DNA of 10,756 bases, taken from an uncultured archaeon. Its GTDB lineage: Archaea > Asgardarchaeota > Heimdallarchaeia > Heimdallarchaeales > Heimdallarchaeaceae. Of the stretch, positions 1-6,798 are shown piece after piece. The notes beneath the pieces were generated by a model, which worked only from the letters and a program-made list of their open reading frames with translations, did not search any database and had not been told where the DNA came from. The DNA lies in assembly GCA_964549075.1 (NCBI GenBank), contig CAZJUB010000041.1:1-10756 (forward strand), written 5' to 3'. Position 1 is the stretch's first letter; each line of letters begins with the position of its first letter. The position numbers and the translations under genes are program-made.

Positions 1-857
1 TTACCAGCCCTGATCAAATCCAAGCTTTCTTAGACAACGAACATGATATGCTCAAGGAAATGTCTGATAAAATTATCGCTTCTGGAGCTAACTTAGTTCT
101 TTGCCAGAAAGGTATTGACGACATCGTTCAACACTACTTAGCTAAGAACAAGGTTTCAGCTGTTCGTAGGATTAAGAAGAGCGATATGCAAAAACTCGCT
201 AAACCTACTGCAGCAAAAATCACTACCAGCTTAGATTATTTAGAGAATTATTTAGGAAAAGCCAATTTTGCTGAAGAAAAATCAATTGGTGATGACAACA
301 TGATTTTTGTTACAGGTTGCGATTATCCTAAAGCTGTATCAATAATCATTCGAGGTGGAACTGAGCTTATAGTTGATGAAGCTGACAGAGCAATCCATGA
401 TGCCCTTTGTGTTATTCGTCAAGTAATTCATGATAAGAAAGTTGTCCCTGGCGGTGGAGCACCTGAAATTCGTATTAGTCAAAAATTAAATGAATTTGCA
501 ATGGGACATGGAAGTAAAATTCAACTTGCTATTGAAAAATTCGCAAAAGCAATGGAAATCATTCCAAGAACTTTAGCTGAGAACGCTGGTCTTGACCCAA
601 TAGATGTTCTCTCAGAGTTACATGGAAAGCACTCCCAAGACGGTCATGTATATGGAGTAAATCCATTCAAAGCAAAAGTAGATGATATGGCAAAACTTAA
701 TGTCTTTGAACCCATTTCAGTAAAGAAGCAAGCTATCAGTAGTGCTGCAGAAGCTGCAGAAATGATTCTCAGAATTGATGATGTTATTGCTGCCAAAGAA
801 CTATCTGGTGGAGGAATGCCTCCAGGTGGTCCAGGCGGAATGGATGAGGATATGTAA
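1..857 (+). CDS. ths: Thermosome (group II chaperonin) subunit, 5'-truncated by the window edge
   Basis: The frame is open from position 3 (TSPDQIQAFLD...), so ATG 48 is internal. Motifs CQKGIDD, AVRR, IIIRGG, DEADRAIHDA, VPGGGAPE, IPRTLAENAGLD, EPISVKKQAISSAAEAAEMILRIDDVI and a Gly/Met-rich tail GGGMPPGGPGGMDEDM are present. The alpha/beta subunit type cannot be assigned. Confidence 0.97.
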   Translation, partial: TSPDQIQAFLDNEHDMLKEMSDKIIASGANLVLCQKGIDDIVQHYLAKNKVSAVRRIKKSDMQKLAKPTAAKITTSLDYLENYLGKANFAEEKSIGDDNMIFVTGCDYPKAVSIIIRGGTELIVDEADRAIHDALCVIRQVIHDKKVVPGGGAPEIRISQKLNEFAMGHGSKIQLAIEKFAKAMEIIPRTLAENAGLDPIDVLSELHGKHSQDGHVYGVNPFKAKVDDMAKLNVFEPISVKKQAISSAAEAAEMILRIDDVIAAKELSGGGMPPGGPGGMDEDM

Positions 858-882
858 TATCCTTATTCTTCAATATTTTTTT
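846..882 (+). terminator. Putative terminator after the thermosome gene
   Basis: Short inverted repeat (aggatat-gta-atatcct) overlaps the stop codon and is followed by a T7 tract at about 876-882, in the gap between convergent genes. Confidence 0.35.
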
Positions 883-896
883 CAAAAACTAAAAAA

Positions 897-1115
897 TTAG
901 AGCCTATAAGTTTTCAAGGCACTTGTAACTTTTTGGAGCATTTCATCAGTGACTTTATCTGATTCCAACTCCACTATTGCTACCCAAGTTGAGTAAGCTG
1001 CTTCTCTCACTTCTTTGTTATTGTCTTTCATTCCATCTACGATAATGTCAACTACCTCAGAATTGAGTGTAGAGATTTGACTTTCTTTCTTTGTTCTGAT
1101 AGGAGTGTAAGACAT
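897..1115 (-). CDS. Small HEAT-repeat-like protein (72 aa)
   Basis: IIVDGMKDNNKEVREAAYSTW matches the HEAT consensus (L..lL.D.n..VR.aA...L). It has an ATG start and an upstream BRE/TATA-like element on the minus strand (gaaaaaacttttTAAA, about 1145-1159). Confidence 0.7.
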   Translation of the reverse strand: MSYTPIRTKKESQISTLNSEVVDIIVDGMKDNNKEVREAAYSTWVAIVELESDKVTDEMLQKVTSALKTYRL

Positions 1116-1249
1116 TTTCCCCGTGAGAAGTAGATATAGAATCTTTAAAAAGTTTTTTCAAAATCGTCAAAAACAAATGTTTTACCGACAAAAATAGCTT
1201 GTTATAGTTAAAAATGTAATGCAATAAGGAGAAGAAAAAAAAGAGTGTA

Positions 1250-2425
1250 TTACTCCTTTACTTTTTGTGCGACTTTTTTACCTAACTCTTTTGCTTGTTG
1301 AAGAATTTCGTCGGTCGGTGCACCTCTGAATTCAAGTAAAGGTTCCACTACTTCCCAATCCAACTCTTGCACATGGTCTGCTGCTTGTTGTAAGGCTCTA
1401 CCACTCCACATCGAAGAACCAAAGAATCCTACGATCCTCTCTCGCAAATCTTTTCTCTTTATCAAATGAAGATAATAAGAGGTGTTCAGAAACGGACCTC
1501 CATCATAAGTTGGAAAACCTAAAATTACTCCTTTATGTTTCCAAGTTTCTTTTATAAGATAACTAAGATGATCTTTTGAAAAATTAAGAACAGTCATAGG
1601 AACACCTTCTTCTTTGACCCCTTCAATTACACTATTAACGACTTTAGCTGTGTTACCATACATAGAACCCCAAATAATAGTTACTCCAGGTAGTGCCATC
1701 CTTTCAGATAAGCGAATGTAAAGATCAATTATTCTCTGAGGATCTTTTCTCCAGATAAGTCCATGAGCAGGTGCAATTATCTTGATATCGAGTTGGCTAA
1801 GTTTATCCATCGCTTTTTTAACATATTTAACATATTTTGCAACTATATTACTAAAATAACGGATGGTTTCTTCATAAAATATATCGGGATCACATTCATC
1901 GTCAAACAGACCAAAATCAAGTGCTTTATATGAGCCAAAGGCATCACAAGCGAAAAGAATTTTCTCTTGATTATCATAGGTTATCATCGTTTCTGGCCAG
2001 TGAACTAAAGGATCCATATAGAAAGTTAAAACTCTTCCACCTAAATCAAGAGTATCGCCTTCATCAACTGTTCTGATATTATCGGTTATACGATAAAGTG
2101 TATCAAGCATTCCAGAAGCTTTGTTTGAACAGATTATTTGTGCATCAGGAGCTTTTTCAAGAAGTCTAATAATAGAACTGCTATGATCCGGTTCTATGTG
2201 ATTCATAACTATATAATCGATTTTAAAATCTGTAATTTCTTCCACTTTTTTTAGAAATTCATCGACAAAAGGGATTTTCACTGTGTCTATTAAAACTGTT
2301 TTTTCTCCTTTTACAATGAAGCTGTTATAACTAATACCCTCTGGTATAGGCCAGAGGCCTTCAAAAAGTTCTGTTAAGTGATCATTCACTCCAACATAAT
2401 AAACATCAGGTGCTACTACTTGCAT
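1250..2425 (-). CDS. fprA: Flavodiiron protein, class A (FprA/NorV-like O2/NO reductase; metallo-beta-lactamase plus flavodoxin domains)
   Basis: Di-iron ligand motifs NHIEPDH, VHWPET, CDAFG and IAPAHG; N-terminal GISYNSF..LIDTV; flavodoxin phosphate loop SMYGNT and FGSSMWSG. Confidence 0.95.
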   Translation of the reverse strand: MQVVAPDVYYVGVNDHLTELFEGLWPIPEGISYNSFIVKGEKTVLIDTVKIPFVDEFLKKVEEITDFKIDYIVMNHIEPDHSSSIIRLLEKAPDAQIICSNKASGMLDTLYRITDNIRTVDEGDTLDLGGRVLTFYMDPLVHWPETMITYDNQEKILFACDAFGSYKALDFGLFDDECDPDIFYEETIRYFSNIVAKYVKYVKKAMDKLSQLDIKIIAPAHGLIWRKDPQRIIDLYIRLSERMALPGVTIIWGSMYGNTAKVVNSVIEGVKEEGVPMTVLNFSKDHLSYLIKETWKHKGVILGFPTYDGGPFLNTSYYLHLIKRKDLRERIVGFFGSSMWSGRALQQAADHVQELDWEVVEPLLEFRGAPTDEILQQAKELGKKVAQKVKE

Positions 2426-2560
2426 TTTTATTCACTCATATCATTTTTAATTATTAAGAATTTGAAGACAATCTCTTTAATTTAATCATGTAAAATCTCA
2501 GTAAATTTGTTTAAAAACATTAGGTTTTCTCGAACATTTAGGTAAAAATCTTCTTGTAAA

Positions 2561-2588
2561 CCAAAATTCTTAAAGTGTTTAATATAAA
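2561..2588 (+). promoter_or_regulatory. Putative archaeal BRE/TATA promoter of the radA paralog, in the divergent region shared with fprA
   Basis: ccaaaattcTTAAAg (2561-2575) and tTTAATATAAa (2578-2588) lie 17-35 nt upstream of ATG 2605. Confidence 0.4.
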
Positions 2589-2604
2589 TCTATCTTTGTA
2601 GAAA

Positions 2605-3552
2605 ATGGAACTCAAGGGAATAGATAAGAAGATAATTGAAAAGATTGAGAAAAAAGATCTTACTATTGAAATGGTTGCTGTATCCACTGCAGAAGAGCTT
2701 TCTACTCAAATAGAAATTGAAGAAAAAGAAGCTAAAAAAGTCATAAAAACTGCACAAGAGGAATTGGGAATTCAACCGATGACTGCTCTTAAATTTCTAG
2801 AACATGAATCAAAACGAGGGAAGATTACTACTTCCTCTACTGAATTCGATTCAATTCTAGGAGGAGGTATTTGGACTCAAGAACTTACTGAAGTTGCAGG
2901 TTCTTTCGGTAGTGGAAAAACTCAGTTATGCTTTCAGCTCTGCTTAAATGTTCAATTACCCGAAGAAGAAGGCGGTTTAGACGGAAATGCGTTTTTTATA
3001 GATACAGAAAGAACATTCTCACCAAGAAGAATTGTTGAAATCGCATCTTATCGAGATTTTGATGTGGAAAAAGCTTTGAGCAACATCTATGTTGGATCAG
3101 CTCTCAATACTCACCACCTCTTCAGTATTGTCGATGAACTTGAAGAAATTATTCCAGAAAAAAATATCAAACTCCTAATCGTTGATTCTTTTGCTTCACA
3201 TTTCAGATCCGAGTTTATAGGTAAGGACCGATTAGTTGAGAGACAACAAAAAATCATGCAAATAGCAGAAAAATTAACTGCCTTAGCAGTGAAATTTGAT
3301 TTAGCTGTGGTAGTTACAAACCAAATTATTGCTAATGTTGAAGAATTTCTTTTTGGAAGTCCAGAAGAACCAGCTTTGGGATTTGCGTGGGCACATAGAC
3401 CTCAGCAGAGAATATTCGTGAGAAAATCGAGAGGAAGTTCTAGAATCGCACGTTTATTCGATAGTTCTAGAATGCCTGAAAGAGAAGCTCTCTTTTATGT
3501 AACAGAAAGTGGTTTATCTGATGCACCATTCTCATCAGATTTTTATTCGTGA
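2605..3552 (+). CDS. radA: RadA/Rad51-family recombinase, divergent paralog with N-terminal helical domain
   Basis: N-terminal HhH-like domain; ITTSSTEFDSILGGGI; Walker A GSFGSGKT; EEGGLDG; IDTERTF with the catalytic Glu; Walker B LLIVDS; FRSEF; VVVTNQ; RIARLFDS. Polymerisation and L2 motifs are non-canonical (see findings). Confidence 0.9.
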   Translation: MELKGIDKKIIEKIEKKDLTIEMVAVSTAEELSTQIEIEEKEAKKVIKTAQEELGIQPMTALKFLEHESKRGKITTSSTEFDSILGGGIWTQELTEVAGSFGSGKTQLCFQLCLNVQLPEEEGGLDGNAFFIDTERTFSPRRIVEIASYRDFDVEKALSNIYVGSALNTHHLFSIVDELEEIIPEKNIKLLIVDSFASHFRSEFIGKDRLVERQQKIMQIAEKLTALAVKFDLAVVVTNQIIANVEEFLFGSPEEPALGFAWAHRPQQRIFVRKSRGSSRIARLFDSSRMPEREALFYVTESGLSDAPFSSDFYS

Positions 3553-3608
3553 AAAGAGGTTCATGAAAACTAACTCAGAAAATGTTAAAAAAGTAAATGT
3601 GTTATAGA

Positions 3609-3893
3609 TTACTTACTAATAGCAGAGTAAACTTTAGTACGTCTAGATTTGCTTATATTTTCTATAATACTGTTTGCTTCTGCTTCTTTCAGAATCTTCT
3701 TTGCTGTGCTAACTCTTATATTATACTTATCTGCTAAATATGCTGGAGTAATCCCTTTAGCTCGTTGTAGCTCAGCGTCAATTTTTTTCTTAGTTTCTTC
3801 ATCAGGTGTTAAATCTCGAATTGTAGGTGTAAATTCTACGACCAAACCGAATTTCTTTTTCTTCCTGACAACTTTTTTCTCTTGTCCAGACAT
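3609..3893 (-). CDS. rps25e: Small-subunit ribosomal protein eS25 (S25e)
   Basis: Basic N-terminus, then the winged-helix signature ITPAYLADKYNIRVSTAKKILKE...SKSRRTKVY; 94 aa fits archaeal eS25. Confidence 0.9.
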   Translation of the reverse strand: MSGQEKKVVRKKKKFGLVVEFTPTIRDLTPDEETKKKIDAELQRAKGITPAYLADKYNIRVSTAKKILKEAEANSIIENISKSRRTKVYSAISK

Positions 3894-3921
3894 TTCTCTC
3901 GATTTTGCGATTATGTGCTGA

Positions 3922-3936
3922 TTTTTAAGTTATTCG
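3922..3936 (-). promoter_or_regulatory. Putative BRE/TATA promoter of rps25e
   Basis: Minus strand reads cgaataa-cTTAAAAa about 29-43 nt upstream of ATG 3893. Confidence 0.45.
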
Positions 3937-4003
3937 ATTGAATGCTTTTTTAAAATTTGAAATCCATAGCATTTCCTTTAGAATTGAATTTCCCTTGAAC
4001 CAA

Positions 4004-4023
4004 AATCTTGATATTTCAAGGTT
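4004..4023. promoter_or_regulatory. Imperfect palindrome (possible operator) over the promoter of the URO-D-like gene
   Basis: AAtCTTGA-TATT-TCAAGgTT ends 12 nt before ATG 4036. A further half-site ccttgaa (3993-3999) is also complementary to ttcaagg (4015-4021). Confidence 0.3.
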
Positions 4024-4035
4024 AAAAGAAACCTC

Positions 4036-5028
4036 ATGGATAAGCTTGAATTACTTTTAGATACACTCAAAGGCAATAATTCTGATTATCCCCTTTTTAG
4101 TTTATGGAAGCATTTTCCCATTATCGACAGAGAACCTAATCAATTAGCTGAAGCACATGTGGAGTTCTATAATAAATATGATTTCGATTTGATGAAGATA
4201 TCTCCACACGGGAGATATCCAGTTGTTGATTATGGTTGTATTATAGACAAAGAATATGATCCTATCACTGGTAGTACAAGATGTTCAGATTGTTGTATTA
4301 AAGCAATAGAAGATTGGCAAACACTAGATTCTGTAAGTGCAAGTGAAGGAGAGCTAAGCAAGCAAATCGAGACGGTAAGACAAATTCAAAAGAAATTAGA
4401 ATTTCTCCCAAAAATGATGACAGTATTTTCTCCTCTAATGGTCGCTTCAAAAATGGATCCAAATTTAGTAAAAAACATAAGATCACATCCAGATACTATA
4501 GTCGAGTCTATGCTTATCCTTTTAGAAGATATTACTGAATATGCTGAAGCAGTAATAGATGCAGGGGCAGAAGGGATATTTCTAGCATCGCAGCATTTTA
4601 GAAAAACTGAGTTTTCGTTTGAAGAGGTTCAACGTTTTGAGATAAAATTCTTGAATAAATTTCTATCTAACATAAAAGGGAAAGCAGAATTCATAGTTGT
4701 TCATGTCCATGGTGAAAATATACAATTCAAAGAAGCAGCAAAACTTCAAGTTGATGCTTTAAATTGGCATGATAGACTAACTTGGCCGTCTCTTTCTGAA
4801 GCTTCAGAAATTTTTCCAAAAGGACTTTTAGCAGGTCTAGATGAAACCAGAACACTAGTCGATGGAAAACCAGAAGAGATTCAGAATAACGTTTTAGATT
4901 CTGTTAATCAATCGAAGAAAGCGAATAATAAAATAATTATTGCACCAGGATGCGTAATTCCTATAACTGTTCCAGAGAAGAATATAGAAATCATCACTAA
5001 AACAATAAAGAAATCTAGAGAAGGTTAG
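4036..5028 (+). CDS. Uroporphyrinogen decarboxylase (URO-D)/MtaA-CmuA superfamily TIM-barrel protein, probably not true HemE
   Basis: Motifs TVFSPL, EAVIDAGAEGIF, VVHVHG, ALNWHD, LLAGLD and IIAPGCVIP..VPEKNI. The HemE W.MRQAGR motif is absent (LWKHFP instead). Confidence 0.85.
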   Translation: MDKLELLLDTLKGNNSDYPLFSLWKHFPIIDREPNQLAEAHVEFYNKYDFDLMKISPHGRYPVVDYGCIIDKEYDPITGSTRCSDCCIKAIEDWQTLDSVSASEGELSKQIETVRQIQKKLEFLPKMMTVFSPLMVASKMDPNLVKNIRSHPDTIVESMLILLEDITEYAEAVIDAGAEGIFLASQHFRKTEFSFEEVQRFEIKFLNKFLSNIKGKAEFIVVHVHGENIQFKEAAKLQVDALNWHDRLTWPSLSEASEIFPKGLLAGLDETRTLVDGKPEEIQNNVLDSVNQSKKANNKIIIAPGCVIPITVPEKNIEIITKTIKKSREG

Positions 5029-5032
5029 ATAG

Positions 5033-5692
5033 ATGGATAAGGAAAATCAAGAGGAGAATGTAATACTTTTCAAACAACCTGAGAGAACAGGATGGAAGGA
5101 TTTCATACTCAATCTAATTTTCAGTCTCATTATGATAGCTAGTATTTATGTTTTCTTGATAGCAGATATTCTCCGTCCGGAAAATATTTCAGATTGGCTT
5201 ATCCGAAGTTTTGTTACTGTACTTCCTCTTTTAATCTTTGGAAATAGAACAATTAAAGAGATCTTCTACACTAAAGATTTCATTAAAATTGTAAATACTG
5301 AGATTCAATATAGATCAACTCCTTTTGTAATGACTGGCTTTAGAGTAAAGAAGGGGAGCATTCCAATAAAGGAGATAAGAAAATATGGTTTATCAAAAGT
5401 ACCAAGAAAACTTTCCTTAGATTTCTGGAGGCAAAAAACAAAAGCCATGCTGATTGTTCAGCTTAGAGATGGGAAAGAATACTTTATCGGAGAGTTCTTT
5501 ACAAATCAAGATTTAGCAGAAGTGTGTCTTAATATTAGAATTATCTACCCAAAAGCAAAATTCACCACTAATGTTCCGGATGAATTTCCAGAACTACAGA
5601 AAAAAGAGAAAGAGCTTTCTAAGTCCAAAAAAATACAAAAAATAACTGACACTGATGATGAACCTGAAGGTGTAGGAGTTCGTAAACGCTGA
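5033..5692 (+). CDS. Hypothetical membrane protein (two N-terminal TM helices, soluble beta-rich PH-like region, charged tail)
   Basis: Hydrophobic segments FILNLIFSLIMIASIYVFLIA and WLIRSFVTVLPLLIFG. It starts 4 nt after the URO-D-like stop, so it is likely co-transcribed. The PH-like call is a pattern inference. Confidence 0.75.
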   Translation: MDKENQEENVILFKQPERTGWKDFILNLIFSLIMIASIYVFLIADILRPENISDWLIRSFVTVLPLLIFGNRTIKEIFYTKDFIKIVNTEIQYRSTPFVMTGFRVKKGSIPIKEIRKYGLSKVPRKLSLDFWRQKTKAMLIVQLRDGKEYFIGEFFTNQDLAEVCLNIRIIYPKAKFTTNVPDEFPELQKKEKELSKSKKIQKITDTDDEPEGVGVRKR

Positions 5693-5705
5693 GGAGAGAA
5701 TACTA

Positions 5706-5720
5706 GCTTTTATTAATTAA
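5706..5720 (+). promoter_or_regulatory. Putative TATA box for the MfnF-like/longin-V4R pair
   Basis: gcTTTTATTAattaa is centred about 27 nt upstream of ATG 5740, typical spacing for a leaderless archaeal transcript. Confidence 0.45.
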
Positions 5721-5739
5721 AAAAAGAGATACTATCAAG

Positions 5740-6798
5740 ATGGAAGCTAATAACCCAGCAAGTTTTTCTGTTACTAAAAGAAATATAGCAGTATTAGATT
5801 TTGGTGTTACATCTCTTAAAATTGTTATTGTGGATCCTGTTCATCCTGAAGAACCTTTACATTTCAAACGCATATATCTCCCAATCAGAACAAAGAAAGA
5901 AGAGGTTGAAAGTGTTCTTAAAACACTCTTGCGTTCTTATGCAGATTATCACATTCGTAAGTTTATTATAACAACAACTAGTCCTCTATTTGCTTCTGCT
6001 CAAGAGACTGTAGAATTTATTGTTTTATCTGTTACTAAATTCATTCATCCTGCAAATATTACTTTCTATACACATGATGAAACATTCGTAACAGTTAATG
6101 ATGCATTAGCTAATCCAACCAAGGTAGTTTCTGTGGGTTGGAAAGCTTTAGGTAAAGGTCTCTGGCAAATGTTGAAAAAAGACGGTTTAGTTGTAGATTT
6201 CTCAACAAGGACTACAAGTTTTATTCCAATAAGAGATGGAAAGATTCTTTCTGAGTCTCAAAGTGATTTTGAAAGAATTAAAAATGATGAATTGGTTTTT
6301 TACGGTTTTCTTGAAACTAACGTTGCTTTTATACAACCAAAATTCGATTTTGATGGAGAAACATACAATCTTCCTTTCGAACCACATGCAATAACAGCTG
6401 ATCTCTTCCTCATTACAGAAGATATGCAACCGAATGATTATATTACAGACACTCCAGATAAAAAAGCAAAATTCAAAGAAGATGCAATGGACAGATTGAA
6501 GAGGATGCTCTGTATTAGTGATGATGGTTTTAGTGAGAATGATCTTGAGAAAATTGCACACTTACTTAAATTGAGAATGTTGGAAAAAATCAATCAAATT
6601 ATTAAAAAGAAACTAGAAGAATATGACCTTAATAGGATTATAATTACAGGAATGGGATCGGATTTACTCTACAAGTTTTTGTTTGATAAAAACGAATATA
6701 TAGATATTATTCAAGCTTCCGATATCCTAAAAACAGCAGAAATAAACCCATCGTATAGTTTAGCGTATATATTTGCCACAAAAAAAGATGATGAATAA
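5740..6798 (+). CDS. Hydantoinase A/oxoprolinase family (ASKHA actin-like fold) protein, degenerate homolog of methanofuran biosynthesis protein MfnF / H4MPT-linked C1 pathway protein
   Basis: Colinear resemblance to MfnF-family blocks: AVLDFGVTSLK, IYLPI, VVSVGWKA, VVDFSTRTTSFIPIRDG, SDFERIKNDELVFYGFLETNV, EPHAITAD, YITDTPD, RLKRMLC, IIITGMG. The conserved Gly/Asp motifs are altered. Confidence 0.8.
   Translation: MEANNPASFSVTKRNIAVLDFGVTSLKIVIVDPVHPEEPLHFKRIYLPIRTKKEEVESVLKTLLRSYADYHIRKFIITTTSPLFASAQETVEFIVLSVTKFIHPANITFYTHDETFVTVNDALANPTKVVSVGWKALGKGLWQMLKKDGLVVDFSTRTTSFIPIRDGKILSESQSDFERIKNDELVFYGFLETNVAFIQPKFDFDGETYNLPFEPHAITADLFLITEDMQPNDYITDTPDKKAKFKEDAMDRLKRMLCISDDGFSENDLEKIAHLLKLRMLEKINQIIKKKLEEYDLNRIIITGMGSDLLYKFLFDKNEYIDIIQASDILKTAEINPSYSLAYIFATKKDDE

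Noticed and set aside
48-50. ATG 48 as the thermosome start
   Set aside because: The frame is open upstream with continuing chaperonin sequence; 269 aa is only the C-terminal half of a subunit.
2590-2775. 61-aa minus-strand ORF
   Set aside because: Antisense shadow of the Lys/Glu-rich radA 5' end; its Phe-rich composition is the expected artefact.
3649-3921. 90-aa plus-strand hydrophobic ORF
   Set aside because: Antisense to rps25e, which has the recognisable family signature.
4298-4486. 62-aa minus-strand ORF
   Set aside because: Lies wholly antisense within the URO-D-like gene, with no motif.
4036-5028. Assigning the symbol hemE
   Set aside because: The RQAGR motif is absent and there are no tetrapyrrole genes nearby.
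6202-6561. 119-aa minus-strand ORF
   Set aside because: Antisense within the MfnF-like gene; F/I/C-rich shadow composition.
5740-6798. Calling this protein a true actin, or a functional mfnF
   Set aside because: Motif order matches the hydantoinase/MfnF branch rather than actin, and the conserved catalytic motifs are degenerate.
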